Shown one piece after another: positions 33,710 through 42,995 of a stretch of 42,995 nucleotides of DNA. The translations under genes and the position numbers were made by a program. Source of the stretch: Stellaceae bacterium (GTDB lineage Bacteria > Pseudomonadota > Alphaproteobacteria > ATCC43930 > CGMCC-115725); assembly GCA_035632395.1 (NCBI GenBank), contig DASQGX010000138.1:1-42995 (forward strand). Direction: 5' to 3'. The notes beneath the pieces were generated by a model that was given only the letters and a program-made list of their open reading frames with translations, did no database searches and was not told where the DNA came from. Numbering within the stretch: the first letter of the stretch is position 1; each line of letters begins with the position of its first letter.

Positions 33710-33857
33710 CGGCTCGGTCGTCGGTTTCGGCGGCGGAATCGCGGCGGCAGCGCGGCGGTTTTGCGGCAAATGGCGAATCGCAGCGCGATCATCGCAAATG
33801 CCGCACGTGGCCGCCATCGTGCTGTGGTAGAAGCATCGCCGGAACGGCGGATTTTCG

Positions 33858-35831
33858 ATGGCGCGTCCGGACAAAGACGAATCGTGCGGCGACCGGCGCC
33901 CGCGCGGATCGCGGAAGCCGTCACGGCAGAATTTGGGGCGGTGGCTGCTTTTCGCGGCGTTGTGGACGTGCCTTGCGGGCGTCGGCGCGCTTGCCTATTT
34001 CGCGCTGACGCTGCCCAGCACCGATCAGCTGACCGCCGCCCAGCGCCAGCCTTCGGTGACCATCCTGGCTGATGACGGTTCGTTGGTCGCAACTTTTGGT
34101 GAGCTTTTCGGCGAGCCGCTGCGCCTGCGCGAGATGCCGCATTATCTGCCGGAAGCGGTGATCGCCACCGAAGATCGCCGGTTCTATCACCATTTCGGCA
34201 TCGATCTCATCGGCATGGCGCGCGCGCTGTTCGCCGATCTGCGCGCCGGCCACATCGTCCAGGGCGGCAGCACCATCACGCAACAGCTGGCCAAGAATCT
34301 GTTTCTGACGCCCGACCGGACGATCGGCCGCAAGATCCGCGAAACCATGCTCGCGCTATGGTTGGAGCATCAATTCACCAAGAACCAGATTCTCGAGCTC
34401 TACCTCAACCGCGTCTATCTCGGCGCCGGCACCTACGGCGTCGACGCCGCGGCGCACCGGTATTTCAACAAATCGGCGCGCGACATAACACTCTACGAGG
34501 CGGCAGTGATTGCCGGACTGCTCAAGGCGCCGTCGCGCTTCAGCCCGGTTAACGACCGCGCCTTGGCCGCCGATCGCGCCGATCAGGTGCTGCAGAACAT
34601 GGTCGAAGCTGGCTACATCACCGCTGCACAAGCGCGCGCCGCCGAACGCCAAAAGAGCCAGCTCGCCGAAGCGGGCCGCGCGCCGCCTGGCAGCCGCTAT
34701 TTCGCCGACTGGATTGCCAGCCAGATCGGTAGCTTCGCCGATATCAATGGCCAGGACGTTATCGTCACCACCACGCTCAATCCCAAGATGCAGGCCTATG
34801 CCGAGCGCGCAGTGGCAAATACGCTCGCCGCCGACGGCGCTGCCGATCATGTGACGCAGGGCGCGCTCGTCGCCATGTCGCCGGATGGCGCCATCCGCGC
34901 GATGGTTGGCGGCAGCAATTACAATGAGAGCCAGTTCAACCGCGCCACCCAGGCAGAACGTCAACCGGGTTCAAGCTTCAAGCCATTCGTATATCTGGCG
35001 GCGCTCGAGCGTGGCATCAAGCCGACGGACATCTTCAACGACGCGCCGGTCCGTATCGGTAACTGGGAGCCGCACAATTACGAGAACACTTATCGCGGTA
35101 ACGTCACCGTCGCGGACGCCATCGCCTATTCAATCAACACGGTCGCGGCGCAGGTGATCGAACGCGTCGGTGCCGCTAATGTCATCGCCGTCGCGCGTCA
35201 GCTCGGCATCACCACGCCGCTGCCGGACGACGACAGCCTCGCGCTCGGTACCGGTAGCGTCACGCTCATGGAGCTCACCGCGGCCTACGCCGCCTTCGCC
35301 AGCGACGGAATCGCAGCTTGGCCGCACGCGGTGCTGGAAATTCGCGATACGCACGGCAACGTGCTCTACCGGCGTTCCGGCTCCGGCGCGCCGCGCGTCA
35401 TCGATGCCGACATTGCCGGCGAAATGAACCAGCTGCTCGAAGGCGTGATCCAACGCGGCACCGGTCGTGCCGCGGCGCTCGATCGTCCGGATGCCGGCAA
35501 AACCGGCACCACACAGGATTTCCGCGATGCGCTGTTCGTTGGTTACACCGCCGATTTGGTCTGCGGTGTTTGGTTCGGCAACGACGACAATTCGCCGATG
35601 AAGCGTGTGACCGGCGGGACGCTGCCGGCGCGGACCTGGCGCGCCTTCATGGCCGATGCGACCCGCAACATGCCGGTACGCGATCTGCCGGGGCCGAGCG
35701 CGTTCGTCGCGGTTGACAACGCCTTCGGCCGCACGGCGCCGCCGCCACCATCGGCGCAGGGCGGATCGCCGCCGCCGAATCGCCCAGGCATTCTCCAAAG
35801 CCTGATGAATGCGATCTTCGGCTCGCGGTGA
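33858..35831 (+). CDS. Class A penicillin-binding protein (glycosyltransferase GT51 plus transpeptidase)
   Basis: EDRRFYHHFGID, GGSTITQQLAKN, and RKIRE for the transglycosylase. SSFKP (SxxK), YSINT (SxN) and KTGTT (KTG) for the transpeptidase. Confidence 0.9.
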   Translation: MARPDKDESCGDRRPRGSRKPSRQNLGRWLLFAALWTCLAGVGALAYFALTLPSTDQLTAAQRQPSVTILADDGSLVATFGELFGEPLRLREMPHYLPEAVIATEDRRFYHHFGIDLIGMARALFADLRAGHIVQGGSTITQQLAKNLFLTPDRTIGRKIRETMLALWLEHQFTKNQILELYLNRVYLGAGTYGVDAAAHRYFNKSARDITLYEAAVIAGLLKAPSRFSPVNDRALAADRADQVLQNMVEAGYITAAQARAAERQKSQLAEAGRAPPGSRYFADWIASQIGSFADINGQDVIVTTTLNPKMQAYAERAVANTLAADGAADHVTQGALVAMSPDGAIRAMVGGSNYNESQFNRATQAERQPGSSFKPFVYLAALERGIKPTDIFNDAPVRIGNWEPHNYENTYRGNVTVADAIAYSINTVAAQVIERVGAANVIAVARQLGITTPLPDDDSLALGTGSVTLMELTAAYAAFASDGIAAWPHAVLEIRDTHGNVLYRRSGSGAPRVIDADIAGEMNQLLEGVIQRGTGRAAALDRPDAGKTGTTQDFRDALFVGYTADLVCGVWFGNDDNSPMKRVTGGTLPARTWRAFMADATRNMPVRDLPGPSAFVAVDNAFGRTAPPPPSAQGGSPPPNRPGILQSLMNAIFGSR

Positions 35832-35840
35832 GTCGGCGGC

Positions 35841-36629
35841 TCAGCTGCCGGTGGCCGGCACCAGTCGGCGATAGACGTCGCTCAACACGACGGCACCGAG
35901 GGCGGCGATCAGAAAGTCGGCCAGTGTGCCGACTAGTCCGCGCAGGATGTAGAGACCCATCGGTGTGTTTGTCGCGTCGCCAACGCCGAAGCCGGTGAAC
36001 ACCGCGCCCATGACGATCTGTACGCCAAGAAGCAGCGGCGCGGTGGCGAACAGCCAGCACAAGACGATGCGCCAGCCGTTGCCGCGCGTCGCGTTCCAGG
36101 CGCCGCCGATACCGATCGGCCGGCCGGCGGCGGCGGCCGGAAAGAGCAAGGAGAGACGCGCCATCGCCAGCAATAAGGCCGCGAGGGCCGCCAGATCGAG
36201 CGCCACGACGTCGATCTCGAGGCTGACGCTGCGATCGCCGACGATCGTGCCGGCGAACAATATGGCGGCCAACACAACGCCGAGCGCGGCGTACAGCGCG
36301 AAGGTATAAAGCAGAAACCGGCACCACGGCCCGAGCCACGGGCGATGGTTGGCGCCACCGAACAGCTGCGCTTGATACCAGCGCACACCGAAGGCGTTGA
36401 GGCAGAGCGCGCCGGCGACCAGATCGAACAGGTCGGGCAGGGCCCGGAGCACGATGCTGCTTTCGCCGAAATTCGGCGGCAGCACGGCCGGAATGATGGA
36501 TACGCCGAGGAGAATCAACAGGGGCAGCCAGCCGAGTTCGAGCACGCTGCCGATTTGGCCGAAGACGGCACGATACGCGCCCACCGTCACGTCCGGAACG
36601 GGCACCTTCTCGGTCGACAAATCGGTCAT
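35841..36629 (-). CDS. Integral membrane protein of unknown function (about 6 TM)
   Basis: Repeated hydrophobic helices. I recognise no catalytic motif. Confidence 0.6.
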   Translation of the reverse strand: MTDLSTEKVPVPDVTVGAYRAVFGQIGSVLELGWLPLLILLGVSIIPAVLPPNFGESSIVLRALPDLFDLVAGALCLNAFGVRWYQAQLFGGANHRPWLGPWCRFLLYTFALYAALGVVLAAILFAGTIVGDRSVSLEIDVVALDLAALAALLLAMARLSLLFPAAAAGRPIGIGGAWNATRGNGWRIVLCWLFATAPLLLGVQIVMGAVFTGFGVGDATNTPMGLYILRGLVGTLADFLIAALGAVVLSDVYRRLVPATGS

Positions 36630-36666
36630 CGGAGCCCCTCGGCGGCGCGGGGGCCCAATCTATCGG

Positions 36667-37359
36667 CTAGCTCACGGCCTCGTCGAGAGCGTAACCGGCC
36701 GCACGCACCGTGCGGATGACGTCGGTGCGGCCGCCGCCGTTGAGCGCCTTACGCAGCCGGCGGATGTGGACGTCGACGGTACGCAACTCGACCTCGGCGT
36801 CGCGTCCCCAGACCGCGTCGAGCAGCTGCTCGCGCGAAAACACACGGCCGGGCCGTTCCATCAGGAAGCGCAGCAGACGGAACTCGGTCGGTCCAAGATG
36901 GATCGGCTTGCCGCCGCGTGCCACCTTGTGCGCCGACAGATCGAGCGCCAGGTCGGAAAAGCGCAGCGTCTCGGCCGTCGATGCCGGCCGCGCGCGGCGG
37001 ATAACGGCCCGCAGCCGCGCGATCAGCTCGTTGGGGCTGAACGGCTTGACAACATAGTCGTCGGCGCCGGAATCGAGGCCACGCACGCGATCGCCTTCCT
37101 CGCCGCGCGCCGTCAGCATAATCACCGGCAGGTCGCGCCACGCCGGTGTCCGCCGGATCTGGCGGCACACTTCGATGCCGGAGACGCGCGGCAGCATCCA
37201 GTCGAGCAAAACCGCGTCGGGCTTCGCCTCCTTGAGCTGCAGCAGCGCCTCCTCGCCGTCGTGCGCGGCGCTGACCGTGAAGCCTTCTTTCTCGAGGTTG
37301 TAGCGCAGCAGCGTCAGCAGCGCCGTCTCGTCTTCGACAACCAGAACCGCGGGCCGCAT
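36667..37359 (-). CDS. phoB: Phosphate regulon response regulator PhoB
   Basis: VLVVEDE, AVLLDWMLPRVSG, IMLTARGEE, GADDYVVKPF, and RTVDVHIRRLRKAL. It is the last gene of the pst-phoU cluster. Confidence 0.9.
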   Translation of the reverse strand: MRPAVLVVEDETALLTLLRYNLEKEGFTVSAAHDGEEALLQLKEAKPDAVLLDWMLPRVSGIEVCRQIRRTPAWRDLPVIMLTARGEEGDRVRGLDSGADDYVVKPFSPNELIARLRAVIRRARPASTAETLRFSDLALDLSAHKVARGGKPIHLGPTEFRLLRFLMERPGRVFSREQLLDAVWGRDAEVELRTVDVHIRRLRKALNGGGRTDVIRTVRAAGYALDEAVS

Positions 37360-38108
37360 CAGGCTTGATCCTCATCGAGGTCGTCGACGTCCGCGACGTC
37401 GGCGTTGGGCGCCAGCGCCAGGCTGGTGCGGTCGCGTTTCGGCCGCACCTGGGCGAGCGGCGTGCCGTGCACCAGGAAGTAGAGCGTTTCGGCGATGTTG
37501 GTGGCGTGGTCGCCGATGCGTTCGAGATTCTTCGCCATGAACAGGAGGTGCGTACAGGCGGTGATGTTGCGCGGGTCCTCGATCATGTAGGTCAGGAGTT
37601 CCCGGAACAGGCTGGTGTAGAGATCGTCCATCTCCTCGTCGCGCAGCCACACCGCCAGCGCCTTTTCAGCGTCGCGTTCGACGAAGGCGTCGAGCACGTC
37701 CTTGATCATGCCGCTGCCCAGCCGTCCCATGCGCGGAATGCCGGAAACCGGCTTCACCGCCGGCGTCTGGTTGAGGGCGATGGCGCGTTTGGCGACGTTG
37801 GCGGCGTAATCGGCGATGCGCTCGAGGTCGGACGCGATCTTGAGGCCGGCGACGATCTGGCGCAGATCGCGAGCCAGCGGCTGGCGCAGCGCCAGCAGCC
37901 GCACCACCAGGCTTTCGACCTCGCGCTCGAGCTCGTCGACGCGCGCGTCCGACTTGACCACCCGCGCGGCCAGCTCGCTGTCGCGCTTCGCCACCGCCTC
38001 GATCGACGCGGCGAGCTGGCTCTCGGCCATGCCGCCCATCTCGGCGATGATGTTGTCGAGCCGCTGCAGCTCCTGGTCGTAGCTCTTGATGATATGTTCG
38101 GAAACCAT
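37359..38108 (-). CDS. phoU: Phosphate signalling complex protein PhoU
   Basis: Duplicated PhoU repeats (DLERIADYAANVAK and NLERIGDHATNIAE). Confidence 0.9.
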   Translation of the reverse strand: MVSEHIIKSYDQELQRLDNIIAEMGGMAESQLAASIEAVAKRDSELAARVVKSDARVDELEREVESLVVRLLALRQPLARDLRQIVAGLKIASDLERIADYAANVAKRAIALNQTPAVKPVSGIPRMGRLGSGMIKDVLDAFVERDAEKALAVWLRDEEMDDLYTSLFRELLTYMIEDPRNITACTHLLFMAKNLERIGDHATNIAETLYFLVHGTPLAQVRPKRDRTSLALAPNADVADVDDLDEDQA

Positions 38109-38122
38109 GTTTCGTCTGTTCC

Positions 38123-38992
38123 TCAGCCGAAGCGCCCGGTGATGTAGTCTTCGGTCTGGCGTTCCTTGGGATGCGTGAAGATGGTCTCGGTCGTATCGAA
38201 CTCGACCAACTGCCCCAGGTACATGAACGCCGTGTAGTCCGAGCTACGCGCTGCTTGCTGCATATTGTGCGTGACGATCACGATGCAATAGTCGGACTTG
38301 AGATCGGCGATCAGCTCTTCGATGCGCTGCGTCGAGATCGGATCGAGAGCGGATGCAGGTTCATCAAGAAGCAGGATTTCGGGCTTGACTGCGATCGCGC
38401 GGGCGATGCACAGGCGCTGTTGCTGGCCGCCCGACAGTGACAAGCCGCTTTCGCGCAGCTTGTCCTTGACCTCGTCCCACAACGCCGCGCGCCGTAGCGC
38501 CTCTTCGACGCGTTCGTCGAGATGGCGCGCGCCGAGCCGTTCGTACAGCCGGACACCGAAAGCGACATTGTCGTAGATCGACATCGGGAAAGGCGTCGGC
38601 TTTTGGAACACCATCCCAATGCGCGCACGCAGCAGATTCAAATCCTGGCGTGGGTCGAGGATGTCCTGGCCGTCGACCAACACCTCGCCGGTGGCCCGCT
38701 GGTCGGGATAAAGCTCGTAAATGCGGTTGAGGACGCGCAGGAGTGTCGACTTGCCGCAACCCGACGGACCGATGAAGGCAGTGACGCATTTGTCGTGCAG
38801 CGTCAGGTTGATGCCTTTGAGCGCCTCGTAGGCCTTGTAATAGAACCGCAGGTCCTTGATCTGGACCTTCGGCTGCGCTTGATCCTTGGCCTCGGCGGTC
38901 GGGCTTGGGGCGGGCGTGTCCACGGCGGGCATTTGTATCAGATGAGGGCGTGTCCGGCTGGGGGTTTCGATGGGCTGGATTTCGTAGGTCAT
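38123..38992 (-). CDS. pstB: Phosphate ABC transporter ATP-binding protein PstB
   Basis: [30 protein letters not shown], and the typical PstB ending YITGRFG. Confidence 0.92.
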   Translation of the reverse strand: MTYEIQPIETPSRTRPHLIQMPAVDTPAPSPTAEAKDQAQPKVQIKDLRFYYKAYEALKGINLTLHDKCVTAFIGPSGCGKSTLLRVLNRIYELYPDQRATGEVLVDGQDILDPRQDLNLLRARIGMVFQKPTPFPMSIYDNVAFGVRLYERLGARHLDERVEEALRRAALWDEVKDKLRESGLSLSGGQQQRLCIARAIAVKPEILLLDEPASALDPISTQRIEELIADLKSDYCIVIVTHNMQQAARSSDYTAFMYLGQLVEFDTTETIFTHPKERQTEDYITGRFG

Positions 38993-39834
38993 TTGCCGAA
39001 CGTGCTCCAGTTGGCGACCATCCGCGCGACAATGTTGAGCGCGAGGATCGCGAGAGTGATGAGCAACGCGCCGCCCCAGGCGAGAAGCTGCCAGTCCGCA
39101 TAAGGACTGAGCGCGAACTGGAAGATGACCACCGGCAGATTGGCCATCGGCGCGTTCATGTTGCTGCTCCAGAACTGGTTATTGAGCGCAGTGAACAACA
39201 ACGGTGCCGATTCGCCGGCGATGCGCGCGACGCCCAGCATCACGCCGGTCAACATGCCTTGCATGGCGGCTCGATAGACCACCATGACGATAACCTTCCA
39301 CTGCGGCGCGCCAAGCGCGACGGCCGCCTCGCGCAGGCTGGCTGGCACCAGCGTCAACATGTTCTCGGTGGTGCGCACTACAACGGGCACGAGAATGATC
39401 CCCAGCGTCGCCGCGCCTGCCCAGGCCGAGAAATGGCCCATGCGGACCACCATCACCTCGTAGACGAAGAGGCCGATGACGATCGACGGCGCCGACAGCA
39501 GAATGTCGTTGATGAAACGCACGGCGTGGGCCAGGCGCGAGCCGCGCGCGAACTCGGCAAGGAAAGTGCCGGTCAGGATGCCGATCGGCGCACCGACCAG
39601 CGTGCCGACGACGGTCATCATGAAGCTGCCGTAGATCGCATTGAGCAGGCCGCCGACATTGCCGGGCGCTGGGGTGTTCTTGGTGAAGAAGTCGGCTGAC
39701 AGCGCCGGCAAGCCGTGCTGCAGCAGCGACCACAGGATCAGGAACAGCACGATCAGGCCGGTCGCGGTCGCCAATAGCGACAGCGACATGATGGTGAAAT
39801 TGGCGGCGCGGCGGCGCGCATAGATGCTGATCAC
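38989..39834 (-). CDS. pstA: Phosphate ABC transporter permease PstA
   Basis: GTG start at 39834 in a GTGA overlap with the pstC stop. [14 protein letters not shown] permease EAA loop. The track ORF (to 40476) is an out-of-frame extension over pstC. Confidence 0.85.
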   Translation of the reverse strand: MISIYARRRAANFTIMSLSLLATATGLIVLFLILWSLLQHGLPALSADFFTKNTPAPGNVGGLLNAIYGSFMMTVVGTLVGAPIGILTGTFLAEFARGSRLAHAVRFINDILLSAPSIVIGLFVYEVMVVRMGHFSAWAGAATLGIILVPVVVRTTENMLTLVPASLREAAVALGAPQWKVIVMVVYRAAMQGMLTGVMLGVARIAGESAPLLFTALNNQFWSSNMNAPMANLPVVIFQFALSPYADWQLLAWGGALLITLAILALNIVARMVANWSTFGK

Positions 39835-40820
39835 GCGCCCTCCTTCGTCGACAAGCGCCACAGCATGAAGTTGGCGATGGCCAGGACGATGAACGTGATG
39901 ACGAAAAGGATCAGGCCAAGCGCGATCTGCGACGAGGTGTAAATGTCGCTCACCGCTTCGGTGAACTCGTTGGCCAGCGTCGCCGATATCGTCGTACCCG
40001 GCGCCAGCAGCGACGCGCGGATATGGTGGGCGTTGCCGATGACGAAGGTGACCGCCATGGTCTCGCCCAATGCGCGGCCGAGCCCCAACATCACGCCGCC
40101 GACGATGCCGACGCGCGAATGCGGTATGACGATCGAACGCACGACCTCGGCGGTGGTCGCCCCCATGCCGTAGGCGCTTTCGCGCAGCATCGCTGGCACG
40201 GTCAGGAACACGTCGCGGGTCACCGCCGCGATGAACGGCAGCACCATCACCGCCAGGATCAGTCCGGCGGTCAGCACGCCCAGGCCGTAGGGCGGACCCT
40301 GGAACAGCGCGCCCAAGACCGGAACGTTGCCGAGCGTGTCGATCAGGAACGGCTGCAACGTGGTTTGCAGCACCGGTGCCACCACGAACAGGCCCCAGAC
40401 GCCGTAGATGATGCTGGGAATCGCCGCCAACAGTTCGACCAGCATACCGATCGGCCGGCGCATCAGCGGTGGACAAAGCTCAGTGAGGAAAATAGCGATG
40501 CCGATCGCCACCGGTACCGCCAGCAGCATGGCGATCAGGGCGGTGAGCACGGTGCCGTAAATCGCCGGCAGCGCGCCGAAGGTGTCTTTGACCGGGTTCC
40601 AGGCCTCGCTCACCAGGAAATCGAGACCGAACTTGCGGAAGGCCGGCATGGCGCCCGCCGCCAGCGACAGCACTACCGCACCGAGCAGCACCAGGACGCC
40701 GACGGCGAAGGCTCGGGTCAGGCCGCGGAAGAGGGTGTCGCCCAGACGCTGACGCCGCATGGCGTGGGGCGCGAGCCCCACGGCGGCGATTGCCGGCGGG
40801 CCGTGCAAACGAGCCTCCAC
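39831..40820 (-). CDS. pstC: Phosphate ABC transporter permease PstC
   Basis: [16 protein letters not shown] loop and six TM helices. An alternative start ATG at 40760 (MRRQRLG) fits the Pho-box position better. Confidence 0.85.
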   Translation of the reverse strand: MEARLHGPPAIAAVGLAPHAMRRQRLGDTLFRGLTRAFAVGVLVLLGAVVLSLAAGAMPAFRKFGLDFLVSEAWNPVKDTFGALPAIYGTVLTALIAMLLAVPVAIGIAIFLTELCPPLMRRPIGMLVELLAAIPSIIYGVWGLFVVAPVLQTTLQPFLIDTLGNVPVLGALFQGPPYGLGVLTAGLILAVMVLPFIAAVTRDVFLTVPAMLRESAYGMGATTAEVVRSIVIPHSRVGIVGGVMLGLGRALGETMAVTFVIGNAHHIRASLLAPGTTISATLANEFTEAVSDIYTSSQIALGLILFVITFIVLAIANFMLWRLSTKEGA

Positions 40821-40849
40821 GCTGTTCTCCGTGCTCCCACTCTTTTGGT

Positions 40850-40889
40850 CCGACAGGGTTACGCGCCTTTCATTGCGCTTTTATGACAG
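40850..40889 (-). promoter_or_regulatory. Candidate Pho box upstream of pstC
   Basis: The minus strand reads CTGTCAT-AAAA-GCGCAAT-GAAA-GGCGCGT-AACC-CTGTCGG, i.e. 7-nt units with 11-nt phasing. The outer units match the CTGTCAT consensus and the inner units are poor. Confidence 0.35.
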
Positions 40890-40914
40890 TCGGCCCGAAT
40901 CGCGGGCACTGGCC

Positions 40915-42318
40915 CTAAGCTGCTGTCCCCGCTTGGATTTTCTGACTGGCGATGGCCGGCAGATGGACCGTGAAAACCGAGCCCTGGCCGAGCTCGCTGT
41001 CGATTTCGAATACGCCACGGTGATGGCTGACGATGTGCTTGACGATGGCAAGCCCAAGGCCGGTTCCACCTAATGCGCGCGAGCGCGCGGCATCGACCCG
41101 GTAGAAACGTTCGGTCAGTCGGGGAATGTGCTCGTGCGCGATGCCAGCGCCATGGTCGCGCACTGCAACCGCGACGCCGCCCCGCTCGCCGGGCCGCGCG
41201 CCGGTGAAGGTCCGGCTCGACAGCCGCGCCACAATTTCGATTGCGGTGCTCTGGTCGCCGTATTTCAGTGCGTTGTCGAACAGGTTCTGGAAGACCTGGA
41301 CGAGTTCGTCGAGATCGCCGGCGACCGGCGGCAGGTCGGGCGCAATGTCGAAGACGAAGCGCATGCCGCGCGCCTTTGCCCGCGGTTCCAGGGGGTCGGC
41401 CGCTTGGCGCAGCGCGATCTCGATCCGCACCGCCTCGGTCGGCGCGCGGTGTTCGTTCATCTCGATGCGCGACAACGAGAGCAGGTCTTCGACCAAACGG
41501 GTCATGCGCGCGCCTTGTTCAGCCATGATGCTGAGAAAGCGGTCGCGCGCCGGCGTATCCTCGCGTGCCGGACCGCGCAGGGTCTCGATGAAGCCGACGA
41601 GTGTGGCCAGCGGCGTGCGCAGCTCGTGGCTGGCATTGGCGACGAAGTCGGCGCGCAACCGCTCGGCCCGTTTCAATTCCGTCAGATCGTGCAGGAGCAG
41701 AACGGCGGCGGCACCTTCCGCCTCGGGCATCAGACGGGCGACCACGGCACGCAGATGACGCTCGACCGGGCTGGTCAACTCGAATTCGACGGTGCGCGTG
41801 GCTTCGCCTTTGAGCACCTGATCGGCCGCCGCCAGCACCGCCGGATGGCGCAGCGCGCCGGCCAAGTCGCGGCCCTCGATGCGGTCGCCGAATAGGGCTG
41901 CGGCGGCAGCATTGGCCCGCACCACGCGGCGATTGCCGTCGAGCAGCAGCAGCGGTTCGGGCAGGGTCGCCAGCACCGAACGTGCCGATTCGAGTGCGCT
42001 GTCACGCGCGCGGATCTCGGTGCGCACGCTTCGTGCCCACCGCCCCAGCGCCAACCATAGGTCGCGGACCGAAGGACTCAGGCTCTGGACTTCGGGTGCC
42101 GGCTCGTTCGCTGCCATGCGATCGAGCGCGCTGCGAACGCCGGCGACGCCGCCGATTAGCGGTACCAGCAACAGCGTGACGCCGGCATAGATGACGGCCG
42201 CCGCCGCCAGCGCCGGCCCCGGTGCGAGCCAACCGCCTAGTACGAGGATCGCCAGCACGATGAATGCCGGTAACACCGTAACCAGCCCGCCGAGCAGCAC
42301 GCGTGCTGGCGTATTCAC
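40915..42318 (-). CDS. phoR: Phosphate regulon sensor histidine kinase PhoR
   Basis: Two N-terminal TM helices, a PAS-like region, the H-box SHELRTPLATLVGF, the N-box FQNLFDNALKY, and G-boxes DHGAGI and GTGLGLAIVKH. GTG at 42318 is preceded by GGAG-N7. An alternative ATG is at 42390. The remainder of the track ORF (to 42987) is antisense to mutS. Confidence 0.85.
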   Translation of the reverse strand: MNTPARVLLGGLVTVLPAFIVLAILVLGGWLAPGPALAAAAVIYAGVTLLLVPLIGGVAGVRSALDRMAANEPAPEVQSLSPSVRDLWLALGRWARSVRTEIRARDSALESARSVLATLPEPLLLLDGNRRVVRANAAAAALFGDRIEGRDLAGALRHPAVLAAADQVLKGEATRTVEFELTSPVERHLRAVVARLMPEAEGAAAVLLLHDLTELKRAERLRADFVANASHELRTPLATLVGFIETLRGPAREDTPARDRFLSIMAEQGARMTRLVEDLLSLSRIEMNEHRAPTEAVRIEIALRQAADPLEPRAKARGMRFVFDIAPDLPPVAGDLDELVQVFQNLFDNALKYGDQSTAIEIVARLSSRTFTGARPGERGGVAVAVRDHGAGIAHEHIPRLTERFYRVDAARSRALGGTGLGLAIVKHIVSHHRGVFEIDSELGQGSVFTVHLPAIASQKIQAGTAA

Positions 42319-42435
42319 GATTTGGCTCCGAATTGAATCGTTCGCATCTCTGCCAGTGTAGCCTCTCCGGGGCGCCAGCGGCAGTTGCATGCGGCGGACG
42401 TACCCGGCCGTTTTATCGCGTGCTAGCTTGCGCGC

Positions 42436-42995
42436 ATGACGCGGGAAGCAAGCGCGCTCGACAACGCAGGCGAATCCCCGGCGCCGGCCGGGCGCCCGGC
42501 CGCGCCGGTCAGCCTCGCCGCCGATGCGACGCCGCTGATGGCGCAATATCTCGAGATCAAGCGCGCCCATCCCGATTGCCTGCTGTTCTATCGTATGGGC
42601 GATTTCTACGAGCTGTTCTTCGATGACGCCGCCCAGGCGGCACGCGCGCTCGACATCACGTTGACCAAGCGCGGTAAGCACGACGGCGAGGACATCCCGA
42701 TGTGCGGCGTGCCGGTCCACGCCGCCGACGCCTATCTCGCCCGGCTCATCCGCCAGGGCTTTCGGGTGGCGGTTTGCGAACAAGTCGAAGACCCGGCCGA
42801 GGCCAAGAAACGGGGCAGCAAGACTCCGGTGAAGCGCGCTGTCATCCGCATCGTCACGCCGGGCACGCTGACCGAAGACAATCTGCTCGACGCACGGCGC
42901 AACAACTATCTCGCTGCGCTCGCCGAGGCGCAGGGCGAGCTGGCGCTCGCGTGGCTGGATCTCTCGACCGGCGATTTCGCCCTGCAAACCGTTGC
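42436..42995 (+). CDS. mutS: DNA mismatch repair protein MutS, N-terminal fragment (3' end runs off the window)
   Basis: My hand translation gives [12 protein letters not shown]...[89 protein letters not shown]. This is the canonical MutS mismatch-binding domain, including the GDFYE Phe-x-Glu motif. It is absent from the ORF track because no stop codon occurs before the window end. Confidence 0.9.
   Translation, partial: MTREASALDNAGESPAPAGRPAAPVSLAADATPLMAQYLEIKRAHPDCLLFYRMGDFYELFFDDAAQAARALDITLTKRGKHDGEDIPMCGVPVHAADAYLARLIRQGFRVAVCEQVEDPAEAKKRGSKTPVKRAVIRIVTPGTLTEDNLLDARRNNYLAALAEAQGELALAWLDLSTGDFALQTV

Overview
This is a gene-dense window with high G+C (judged by eye). It looks like ordinary chromosome with alphaproteobacterial-type synteny: thioredoxin-TPR/LonN/Trm112/DUF971, ftsK-lolA, phoR-pstCAB-phoU-phoB, and a divergent mutS. 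I support about 40 CDS, one tRNA-Gly(GCC), several rho-independent terminators and a few regulatory sites. I saw no rRNA, CRISPR array, transposase, integrase or phage genes. Many long ORFs in the six-frame track are antisense artefacts of the G+C-rich coding strand, and several track ORFs carry false N-terminal extensions, which I re-set by hand. The partial mutS gene at the 3' edge is missing from the track. The best candidates for something undescribed are: (1) two ammonium-transporter genes with no glnK, flanking a small secreted protein and a tail-anchored PP2C-phosphatase/Ser-Thr-kinase fusion, with a perfect sigma-54 promoter on one amt gene; (2) a tightly packed operon of an orphan PaaA/PaaC-like di-iron protein, a translationally coupled unknown protein, xth and an ATP-grasp-less CoA-ligase alpha module, behind an AT-rich double palindrome; (3) a periplasmic BTLCP (LapG-family) cysteine protease coupled to a pseudo-receiver lacking the phospho-acceptor Asp and the conserved Lys, behind a pair of 17-bp direct repeats. 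All coordinates were counted by hand and all family calls rest on motif recognition, not on searches.
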